This document shows positions 23,801 through 35,574 of a DNA stretch of 64,000 nucleotides, piece after piece. A program made the translations under genes and the position numbers. Location of the stretch: positions 496,001 to 560,000 of the forward strand of contig JBLDXI010000055.1 in the NCBI GenBank assembly GCA_047495785.1, written 5' to 3'. Source of the stretch: Lepidodermella squamata. Its lineage: Eukaryota > Animalia > Gastrotricha. Numbering within the stretch: position 1 is the stretch's first letter; each line of letters starts with the position of its first letter. The notes beneath the pieces were generated by a model. It saw only the letters and a program-made list of their open reading frames with translations. It had not been told where the DNA came from and searched no databases.

Positions 23801-26800
23801 GGGTTCGGAGTGGGGCAGCGAGGTTGGAGGGACTGCTGAACACTCTTGGCTCGGGTGGTGCTGGCTCCTTTCTTTCGAGCTGTCCTCCAGCGCGCCCTTT
23901 GAATTGAACACGTTTTCGACATCGGCACAACGAGGCAACGAGTCGGTCGGCCACTGCGGGTTCCCATCTCCGGCCTCTTCGTCGATGGTGCACGAAATCT
24001 GCCGTTGTCCGACCAGGACGAACCCAGGGTCGCATTCGTACTCAGCGACTTCAAACGACCGCCGAACAGCGTAGCCGTGGGCGATATTGGGCGGGGCGCC
24101 GCATTCTAGCATCGCAGCAGTAGTTCCGTAGGCAGAATCGGTTTCATACTCAGTTTCATCCTCGTTCACAGTCGAAAATCCAGGCCGTTTCGTCGTATGT
24201 TTCGGCGATTTCCGACCAGAGGCTGTTCAATATTGAATTATTAATAGTTTATAATCGATTTTAAATCTCACCTTTATTCGCTAATTTACGCCACATTCGC
24301 GGCTTTTGACCAGCATCGCCAGCTTCTTCGACGTCCATCGGAGCGATTGAAAAGCAGTAAGGGACAGACGGCTTCCACTGACCAGCTTCGCAAGTCACCA
24401 CAGAAGGGCCTTCAAGTCTGAACCCTGGTTTGCATTCGACCAGGCGTTTCGAGCCTGGTACCAAGCCGAAACCGCTGACGACCAACGCGGCGGTTCCAGG
24501 GTCATTCGAAGTGGATGGCGCAAGATCCGGGCAAAGCGGCGAGGCTAAAAAATCAAGCAATTTGTTAGAAAGCGTGCATTTTTTAAGCAGTGATTTTAAG
24601 CGTTAATTTTGGCACCTACAGCTCTAAATGAAACAAGACCTCATTTTTATGACAAATTTTATTATGACACAAATCTTTCTTTATCCAAAGTTCGACCATA
24701 AAATATTAAACGAATGATATAATAATCGTAATACGAGTGATAATCGAGATTCTGCGGAGAAAGCTGACGGCGAATTTGGTGTTTAAAAAGCGCATTTTTC
24801 TTTAAAAGCTGGGCATTTTGTTAAAAAGCAGCGCTCTCGTCGATGCAAAATGACGTAAAAAATCTACGGTTATCGCAAAGCTAAAAGCATTTGATGGCAG
24901 TTAAGCTTTGAAACATGACATAATCTCCTCTCGGATGTTGCTGAGATAGGAGATTTGAGGTAACGATCGTGCGTTTTTTTTCTTCTATCAACTACTTGTG
25001 TTACTTATCAAAGCCTTATAAATGTTGTCCGATGTCAAATTAGGCGCCCGTTGGTACTGAAACCAAACAGGGCATAGGACGCGCTGCATTACATTGCCCT
25101 GTAGCGATTTGCAGTAGCGGCGGATGCAGGACGGCGCCGAGGCGTTCCAGTTACCGCCGTCAAGGCACTCGATCGCCGCCGCGCCTACCATCACGTAATC
25201 ATCGAGGCACTTGTAGCGAACCTGAATAGGCGCCCGCTCCGTGCCATTCAACGTCCGCCAGCCCGAGTGGGGCACCATAGGCGGCAAACCACACCGGCCT
25301 AACGGCTCATTCGACTCATCTGAATCGTCTAACAGTCTCACAACTTTCAATATCGAAAATGTTAAATTGCCTCAATCAACTCACCATTATCGATGTGCCC
25401 TCTTAGAATATACTGCCGCGGCTCGACGCTAGTTCCAAGGAAGAGGAAGCCACGTCGGCTCAGCTCGGACATGACCCTTGAAGACAGGTAGTTGCCCGTG
25501 TAACATTCGCCGATTCCGATGTCATTTCGGTAGGGCACAATGCCGGTCAACGCGCTATCGGCGTAGTAGATGCCGATGAAATCGCCGACTTCAACGCGAA
25601 TCTGTTCGGACGGCTGAACTTCGTACATGTGAATGCCCGGACGCGGTTGAACTTTGTTGGCACCAACCAATCGGAAAGCACCGTTCACTTCAGACTTCCT
25701 AAAAATCAGAAAAAAAACTGTTAAGAAGGATTCATTTTAAAATTAATGAACTATTAATTTAATTTAATTTAAATTAAATAATAAATTATTAATTATAAAA
25801 TAAATTAAATAATTAAATAATTGATAAAATTAATTAATTTCAATTTTAATTAAATTTAATTATTTTCTAGATTTTTCTAACCTCCACACGCTGACGAAGG
25901 CAACTATAGCACCATTAGCGGATGGCAATGCTCCGATTTCCCAGTGGTTGACGTAGCCAGCGCATGAAAAGAAAGCTGAGGGGCAAATCGCCATTTCAGG
26001 CGTGTTCGGCTCAACTAGTGGGCCGTTGCTGCTGATGGGCGATGAAGGTCCGGCGAAGCAGCCGTTGTCAACCGGAGGAGGTTCGTGCTCGCAAGATGGC
26101 GCAGATGACCACTGGGTGCCGATGCAAGTCACACGGCCTACGTTGACCACATCGGCGGTCAGGCCCATGCCAGCGGCTAATTGGAAACCAGGTATGCAGG
26201 CATATCGAACCCACTGGCCGTCAGCGTAAGGTCCGTCGTGCGGCTGGCCGTAGGAGTTCTCGACAATCTGCGAGTTGGCTACAACAGGCGGAGGTCCACA
26301 CTTGGAGTTGGCCACTGAAAGAAACAGCGGGATATTAGATCGTTATTAAACAAAATATTTGAGGTTAAATTATTGGAAAATTGCGAACTTGGCACGCATT
26401 TAGGAGCAGAAGACCAAAAGCCTTGTTGGCAAGTGACGACAGAATCGCCTTCAAGCTCGAAGCCTGTCTGACAGCGGTAGCGGACGCTGTGCCCGCGACC
26501 GACCAGCGGTTCCGAGAAAGCATTAGCGACAAAAGGCGGCGAGCCGCATCCTGAATAAGTTAGAAAAAGCGTGAATAGAAGCAGTAGTTAGAAAGTGTTA
26601 AGCAAAAGCATGCAAACCCGTGCATTTCGGCACACGTGACCAATTTCCGCTAGTCATGCACTGGATAACAGGTTCGCCAGACATTTGAAAGCCCGGCACG
26701 CATTCGACGGGGATTTTTGTTAGTACCGGATACCGTGGCTCGGCTTCTTCTTTCAACACGTTGTTATTGTTAGGGTCGAAATCTGACGTTATCGGCAGAA

Positions 26801-29800
26801 CAGGTTCGGGCATTTCAGCCGGTGATGAATTCGGGAAAATAGGGTCACGCATTATCGCATTCAAAATTGAAGGAGGCGAACCGCATGCAACCGATTTAAC
26901 AGCTTGAAAAGAAGGGGTAATAAGTTCAAGCAAGGCAACTTCATGCTATTTTTTTAAGGTGGGCATGCTAATACGGGTATCCCTGCCTACTTTTAACACA
27001 GGACGGTGGTATCGTCCACCGGCCTGATTTTCTCTCGCAAAAGACCACAGGAGGGCCGAGTAGGTCGAAATGAGGTTTGCAGTAGTAGAAAAGCAGTGAT
27101 GATGGGTGGTCCTTAAGGCGGCGGAATCTACCGTTTCGAACGAACGGCGGTGGCGAGATGCAATTACTACCAATGTAACCACCGTGGATCAACGCCGCTA
27201 AAACTAGCGATTTGTCAATTTGACACACGGGTGGCTGCGTCCAAATGCCATCTGGGGAGCAGTCTACGTAAGGGTGGCCTATCATTTGGAACCCAGGCAG
27301 GCATTCGAAACGGTACCGGGCCACGGAGACAGCCGGCATCAGCCGCCCGGTCTCGTCGGCCACGATAAAGCTACTAGACATGTTGGAGTAATAACCGCCG
27401 TCGTACAACGGAATCAAGTAACGACGTGAATTTTTCACAATAGGGGGTCGGTAAGCACAGTTAGGGTGGACGGCTATTATTAGTTAAGCGAAGCAGTAAA
27501 TTTGTTAGAGATTGTTAATATCGATAAAAAATGACTGAAAGTACCTTGACATGTTGGTAGCGTAGCTGGCCACAATCCATCCGGACCGCAGGTGATGAGA
27601 TTATTTCCGATAAGGGCAAAACCAGGTAGGCACTGGAACCGAGCTGCCGAAGATCCGCCAGGTCCATTGACCATCTCGTAGAATCCATTCGCGAACGGCG
27701 GTAGTGGGGCGCAGTTTTTCGAGGACGAAACGCCTCTCGGAACGGCTGAGTTAGCATTTCGGCTAGAGATATTCGGTTTGCAAGACGGGAGAGCGCTCCA
27801 AGCGCCGTTGTCGCAAAAAACATTTGGATCACCCTATTTATTTTAAATTTAAGGTGGACTTTCGAGATTTTCGGAAGGACTTACAGAAAGGTGATAGCCA
27901 GGCAAGCATGAAAATCTAGCACCAACACGGCCACCAATGTTGTCCAGGGCAGTTCGAACCGAGTTCGGAATTTGTGGAATCGGAGCGGAGCAACCTGAGC
28001 GGGGAAAAAATGTAGGTTAAAATTTCCGTCGAGAGTTGAGCAACAATCGCGGCTGAATTAGGAGCAGCAATCGTGTGCCCTTCAAACAATTTTGCATAAA
28101 CATAAGCATGCGCGATGTACGAACGATGCAGGTTATTTTTTCGGAGAAAATTTACAGTGATCTCCTAAGCATTGACGTTAATAACACAAGCAAAAAAAAC
28201 AAGCAGTGCTTAGCCATTCAAAAAACCCGTAATAACTAATAACTTTTAGGCGCCTTGAAAATTGAGAAAAATAAAAATGCAGATCATAATTAAATGGCAG
28301 AAAATCGAATAGAGATCGAAAAACTACCTTGTTGCTCGCAGGTGGGCAATCGATTAGGTGACCATTTGCCTTTGCTGCATCGCACAATAGGTACGACACC
28401 CTTCGGCATGGCGTAGCCTTCCGAACAAACCAAAACCGCTGCAGCCGCCGCACCGCTGGTAATCAGGTGATAGGAACCACCCTCAAAAGTTGGCAAATCC
28501 GGGCAAGCTAGCTCAGTAGTTGTCATAGCAGTAGTCGTTGTTGTCGTAGTCGTTGTAGTCGTAGTCGTTGACCGGCTAGTTGGTATGACATCCCGCATCG
28601 GTACTACAGCAGGGAAGGGCGGGATATTCAGCGGCAAAGTTATGTTCATCATTTCCTGTTCCTTGTTCGGAACAAGTTCGCAACGAGGTGCCTCCGGCTC
28701 CCAATCTCCGGTCGCGTTGTTGCAAGACAAAATGCCAGCAGTACCGCCATTGGCGTACATTCGCCGATTGACAAGGCAAATGTATCGAATTCTCGTCGGG
28801 TTCGACTGTGTACCGGCTATAACTGCAAATTTAGCCCCGTCGACGAATGGTGGCGGCTTGCATGTCTGCTTCGTAGGTTTAGGGATAGGTTCACACCTCG
28901 GTACTGTTGTCCATTGTTCGCCTGGTAGACAATCGGCGACTGGGGGTCCGAACAGTACAAACCCGGGCTTACAAACGAATCGAATCGAACGAACAGCGCC
29001 GTTGTGCTGGGGAGACGGTACAGCTAGGAAGTAGCCGTTGAGAAAATGAGGCATTTTCCAACAAACAGCTTCAGCTGGTGTTGTAGTCGGCATTTGATCA
29101 TTCAGGCCTCGGGGTAGCATAGGCAACGGGGCTCGAGATGGCGGAACAGGCCGCGGCGGGATTTCAGCCTGGCTAGGACGGGGTAGCGCCCACTCTGGGT
29201 TGTATTCCTCAGCGAAAAATTGAGGTGGAGTGACTACGATTGCTTCCTTCTCCTTAACGCATCGAGGCGGGGCGGCCCACATGTTGCCAGGTAGGCATTT
29301 TACATCGACAGAGCCAACTGGCTGGTAGCCGGATAAGCAGTGATAGCGAATTAGCTGGGGGTAACGGCGAGTCCCTCGAATCACCTGATAAACCGCGTTT
29401 CTAACCACCGGCATACGCGTCGTGCAGATAGCATTTTCTGGCGTGGTAGACTTCGTAATTTTCGAAGTTGTAGTACTAGTTGTCGTAGTTTTAGCTGATG
29501 TCGTCGTGGTAGATGCGGTTGTAGTCGTTGGAGTTGTTTTCGGAGCAGGAGTTGTCGATTTTGGGACGAAAATACAGTAAGGAGGCTCGGACCAATAGCC
29601 GGACTTGGAACAGCTTATAACCGATTGGCCGACTATTTTCAGCGGGGAATTACACTCGTATCGCACAGATGACTGCGATATCTTCTCCGCACGCGCATGA
29701 ATGACGATCGGTTCCGGTCCACATTCGGAATATTCATCTAGAGATCAATAGACTTGAGATAAAATTGAGGTGGGATTAGCGCAAACTTACATGGAGAATC

Positions 29801-32800
29801 GTCCATCTGAGAGTTGAAAGCGTCGTTCATCGGCGGCATTTCTTCCCTAATAAATTCATCCTCAGCAGATTTTGAGTTGGGTACACATTTTGGGGGCGGG
29901 GCAGTTGGATCCAGTTTGCGCCAGCCTCCACTCACACAGCGAATCCGGCTATCCCCCTTAATAGTGTAACCCTTTCTCTGGCAGTGATATTCAATTTCTA
30001 ACGGGTTCTCGATTGAGCCTTCCAGCAGCCAGATATGCGCGTCTGAAATAGTCGGCGGCTGCTTGCATTTTCGAACAACCGGAGGCGGGACTGGCTCAAC
30101 GGGCACAAGGTGTCTCGGGGCGTCGGACGGGCTCCGTTGCAGAATTGGGACAAATCCGAATGGTTTGCCTTGACGAGTTGTAGTGGTAGTGGTTGTAGTA
30201 GCAATTGAAATTGTAGTAGCTGTATCAAGAGGCAGGCATTTCGGCGGTTCGGCATCAACGGCTCGTGACCGCCAAGAGCCGTCAATGCAATACAGCGTGT
30301 GATTTCCGACCAGGCGATAGCCAACATGGCAGTCGTATTGAATAATTCTAGGCTCGCCGGGTATTTCAGGTAGTGGGAATATCACTGAATTAGGGACACT
30401 GGGAGGTGTGCCACAGTGCCTGAGACGGCCATCTGAATAAAAAATGATTAGGTTAGATTTAATTTTTTGTAACTTGACGAACTGTCTGGCCGACATAGCG
30501 GCGGGGCAGGCGTCCAAATGCCGTCGTTCCGGCATTCAATTTCAACAGGGCCGGTCGGTTCGAAGCCGTTGTAGCAGACGTAGCGGATTCGAACGACCTC
30601 GGACATTTTGTCGCCGGCTAGGATGTGAAAGCGGGCGTTAGCGACGGCCGGGATCATTTCGCACGACGATGATTTGTACGACGATTGCGACATCAAACCG
30701 TCGGCGAGATTATTAGCGCGATCGTTACCATCAGTTTCAGAAGCTGTTTATTTGTTTTTAGCATGCGAGGATGCGTTAACAAAAGTAACAAAAAAAAAGC
30801 AAGCAGGTGCATTCATTCTTTTTACATGCTGAGGGTATCAAAAATAAAAGGTGCGATTTTGAAGGAGAAGGAGGTGCGAAACTAAAAATAAAACTACAGG
30901 GAGATATAAGCCTATCACCGTTTTACGCGAAGGGAAAGAATCTGATTAGTATACCTCCAGGTGTTAGACGCCATGTTGATCGTGTAGGTCCGAAACCGGG
31001 AAAATTCCCTAAGAATGGGAAGCTGCCTGAAAGCATCCCTCCCCCGAATGACTGACCTCCAAAAGACGAAGCAACAGCAGCTGAAAATACGAATGCATTC
31101 AAAAAACAATCAATTCAAATTTTTTCGAAACAAACCGGCATCTCCATCAACGAAAGGCAGAGTCTGGCCCGGGAACATACCGATACCACCTCCAACGTTA
31201 ACACCGCCAGATGCAGACCCGCTTCGAGCATTTGCTGCGACAACGCCACCAGGGAACCCGTTTCCGAAACCGGGGAAACCAGCCGATCCGCCGAAACCAT
31301 TCATTGGTGGAATAGCAGCAGCCATTGCCGGAAGGCCAGATCGAGAGCCAGGCTGTTCGAGAGCCTCTCCAATGACACCGTTAGCTTGAACAGATCGAAC
31401 ACCAGGGAAGACGCCGCCATTCGGGAGGCTGCCTGAAATAACACCCCCTGGGACCACGGCCAAGCCTCCACCTAATCCATTACCCTGACCATGACCGCCA
31501 TGGCCGCCGTGACCGCGTCCACCTGGAATGATACGCTGCACTGTTGGAATGATCGGCGGAAGCATGCTGGGGAAAACAGGCGGTTGAAACACGTTGATTT
31601 CCTGTTGCGGAGGCTGATGGCTGAAGTGAGGCATCTGGCTCGGGAAAACAGGGAAATTAGGCCGGTTGACGATAGAAATGATCGGGGTTGGGTTGATCGG
31701 TTGGCAAAGCGGCACAACAGCCGGCTGCCATGTCGCGCAGTCCTTACTCCTGACACAGGTGAGGCGAACAGGTCCGACCAGGTTGTAGCCGTCATTACAG
31801 CAGTATTCAACCGAAAGAGGCCAGCTTCCGAGTTGAAGAATCGCACGCCACGTACCGTAGACGACGCCCGGTGGCTGACCGCAATATTCCTCGGGCACCG
31901 TTTGATTGGCGCATTTCGGCGGGCGAGACCAAAGTGAGGAAATACATGACACTATCGGGTCGCCTTCGAGCTGGAAGCCCGACAAACATTCGTACTGAAC
32001 ACTGGTAGGTTGGCCGTTCTTGGATGCGATGATTTTGGTCTGAGAGTTGGCCACTGTTGGAATGGGGCCGCATAGTGCAGTACACACCGGCCTGGGCTCC
32101 CAGTCGGAACCGCGGCAGTAGATCGTGGCCTGGCCAATGAGCTCGTAACCAGACAAGCACTTGTAAGTCGCGTATTTCACAGTTGTATTTCCATTGAAAT
32201 CGCCCGAGTCTGTTGTGGCACCGTTAGCGATCGAAGGAGCAGCAGGGCACTTGACAGAAGCTATAAAAGTATGATATTATGAAAGCTGATTGCTGAATTT
32301 GCAATGACTTACGAGGAATCGGTTGGCAAGTTGGTGCACCCGGAGACCAGACACCGTTGGCACAACGAAGAACAGGAGATCCAACGAGGCCGAAACCTGC
32401 GTCACACTCGAACCGAACAGCGACTGGTAAAGCATCAGTGCCCTGGATGACAAAACGGCGGGCATATGCGACACCTGGTGCGGGGCCACAGTCAGCCATG
32501 CAAGTCGGCAGGGTGGACCAGGTGTTCGGCGCCACGCAGGAAACGACCGGGCTTCCGATGAGACGGTAGCCGTTATTGCAGGTGATTGTCGCTTGCTTGG
32601 TCGAAGCGCTTTCCAACAGCTCGACACGGGCATTTTCAACTCGAGGCGTGTTAGGACAGGCCGCTGAAATCAAAACAAATTTAGAGATGAAATCTTTGGA
32701 AAATTTTCTTATTACGTCGGCAACGAGGAAGAGGGGTCTGCCAGGCACCATCGACGCACGGAACAACGTTGTTACCAACGAGCTCATAGCCAGTGTTGCA

Positions 32801-35574
32801 GGCATAGGTGGTTGGGTCGTAGCCCTGAGGGTCGAAGTCAACAATTGAACCTTGCTCGATTTGCGGCGCGCTGGGACACGGATCCGTTGTGCGACCAAGG
32901 GCGCATTTCATCGCCGTCATTCCGTTCGGGACGCAATACGACTTCCCGGTATTGCCGGCGGGCAAGCACTGAGCAGTGCCTTTGCATTGGAAAGTCGCAG
33001 CGCAGATCTTGCAATCGTCGATTTTTTCAATGGTCGAACAGCCCCATTTGCGGAAAGACCGGCGGTTCTGTTCACGACGCAGTTCAGCCGAGCTCGAGAA
33101 CAAAATGCATGTGCCTTGACGGAACGGGTTCGAATACGTGAAAGAAATGCATGATTGGGTGTAACGGCACGCCAATTCGCAGTCAGCTGCGGTTTGCAAC
33201 TCAGGGCCGAGCGGCAAAGTGTTACCATCAAACGCCAAATCGAATCCTTCACCGTCAGATAGCAGCTTGGTATCGCAGTCAGCTTAAAAAATTAACAATT
33301 ATTTTTAAGGAGGGCTTTTCAAAATCGATTTACCCTTGCAAAGCTTGACCATTGAGCGCACATTTGGAGTGAAATGAACCTCAGTACTGACGTAAGAGAA
33401 AGTGCGGCAAGTTTGCTTTGATGAGTCGAAAGTAACTGCGTAACAGTTGGGTTGATCGCGGCAGAACTGCCAGCAAGCATTTTCTGTCGTAGCGCCAGCA
33501 ACAACGGTGTTGATACCGCTGAATGTTACCTCGTTCAGCGTTTGCTCAGGACAATCGGCTTTTTAAATAAAAAGAGACATTTTTTAGAATGTTGTTTGTC
33601 TGTCGGCAAATAGTACGAAAGCCATTTAATCGAGAGAAAAATAAAACGCGGCGCCAAATGTGTAATTGACCCCAAAATTAGCGCGCATTATCTCGGTATA
33701 ATAAAAAGATGGGTCATCTCTCAGTGTAAAAACGCGCTTGTTTTGTTGAGCGTAAAAACGTACTCGTTCCAACGTATATCTGTAACAGCGGCAATAGACG
33801 GCGGCGAGAATTTGGGTCCACTGAAATAGGTGTTCCAGCCACGGCGTTGATATCTTCCACGTTGATATCGGCGACTTGAGCCACGTACAAATCAGACGCG
33901 CGTTGGCTGCTTGGCAGATTCGATGAATCATACATGTAAACAGCGCCTTCGGTTGTCGTGCGCTTGTACAGGATACCGAACACATCGCCAGCCTGAACGT
34001 CGAAACGCTCCTGCGCTGGTACTAGGTATTGAACTGTGGGCTGTGTTCTCTTCACAGTGATCTGATTGAAGCCAACAAGGCGGTAGTTGTTATCGCCACT
34101 CGGACGCCAAACGCTGAGATAAACAGGCGTGTTCCCGGAAACTGGGTTCGCTAAGAAAACCCATCGCAAGAGCGATCCTGAGCATTTAATCGGGTTGTTC
34201 GGAAATAAAATCAGCTGTGTTTCCCTAAACGAATTTTGGCTTGTTTGCGTGTCCGCTGAAAACGGCTGGCCCCAGACGCAGTCGAAAGCTGAAATAAGGT
34301 CATAAAATAAATCGGTACAACGCCTAAAATGGGAAATTACTTGAAATAGAAGTTGGGGGACGCTCCTCAGCTAAAATTTGGATATCGAGCGGGTCATGCT
34401 GCAATTCCGCTGTAATAAAGAATAACTAAAAAAAACTCGAAATCTCAAAAATTCCGAAAAAATTACCGAAGCGTTTAGGCGACTGTTGGATAATGGGGCG
34501 ATTCGGCGAGCAAATGGGCGGAGTTGACCATTGTCCATCAAGCATACATGTAACTACTGACGGGCCCATCAAATCGTAGCCTAGCATGCAGCTGTAGGTG
34601 ATCTCACTGCCAGCGCTCAAAGTGTGGCCGTAAGGAATGATAGCCTCACCGGCGATAACGGCGGGCGGGGCTCCGCACAGGCCTTGATGACCACCAAACA
34701 GATCTTCATCTGATGAGCACAAGCCCTGCGTAACTTTAATGTCATCAACAGCTACATAAAAATCTTGGCCGCCAGCTCCGTTTCGGGCTTCAATAGCAAT
34801 CTAGAAATATTTCAATGCAAATGACTATGCACTAATCTAGTTCGAAATAACTAAAAAGAAATTATACCCTGAAAGGCAGATTATTCGCGTGGAATGTACG
34901 TTGAACGTTAGTCCAATAGCTGCCGAAGGATGAGAAAGATAAATTTGCGAGGATAGTTGAAATCGGGTCAGCGCCATAAGAGTCCTGGATGATGTAGAAA
35001 GCCAAACTTCCCGAATTGCTGTTATTTTTAGCCGCCGACGACTGGCGCATCAACGAGTAAGCGTTGAAGCAACATAGCGTTGACGAGCAATTTATGGGAC
35101 CGGTAGTCAGTGCTGTTTCAACACGAGTCAGCGAGGCAGGTGCGCCGCCGCTCGCGAATAGCAGCGTACCATCAGCTGCATCTTTCGTATGGTCGTAAAG
35201 TATGGTCGAGTTTGACAAAATAACAGCCTGCCGCCGGAACCAGCGCAGGTCGCTTTCGTCGTCACGGTTCGGCGCTTCACCATCAGGTTCAACCAGTTCG
35301 AAATCGCAGGCACCGGATTCGAACGTACATTCATAGACAGATGACTGCTGTGTTTCGGTGGGTACAAATGACACGTCACTTGCTGACGTTTCTACCGCGC
35401 TGTTGTCCGGAACGAGAAAATCATCGAGCGAGATTTGACCTAGTACTAAAGGTGAGGAGGGAGAGAGGAAAAAGTAATCACAGCGGTCATTATATTTCGT
35501 GGCGGTCATTAAAACTAACCGGCTCGACAGCTAACGGCGCTTAATAATAAAAATGAAGCTATGACTAGCTTCAT
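17818..35574 (-). CDS. Giant type-I membrane protein (roughly 4,800 aa, >30 exons): signal peptide - MAM - CCP - X - 2 PAN/Apple - about 35 CCP/Sushi interspersed with Gly-rich and Thr-rich linkers and 7 copies of unnamed domain X - EB-like Cys repeats - TM - short tail
   Basis: ATG35574 MKLVIASFLLLSAVSCRA; MAM (CTFESGACDF..DHT..AVDDIKV); repeated C-x-x-PP...Y-x-C-x-x-G[FY]-x-L-x-G...C...G-x-W...P-x-C; PAN (C..[FA]C....C...T[FY].....C); last exon GLTLAFAGLCLVAAIGIVLTMFYSIRRRRSRSWYPNAR* ending 17818. The junctions checked (first, last and those across 30740-31136) are frame-compatible; not every junction was verified. Confidence 0.75.

Noticed and set aside
24550-25110. Long intron (also 12850-13070, 27995-28330) with MITE-like composition
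   Set aside because: Could not find terminal inverted repeats or a TSD.
18140-33348. Dozens of plus-strand and alternative-frame ORFs over the giant gene
   Set aside because: Antisense or off-frame shadows of GC-rich coding exons; no motifs.
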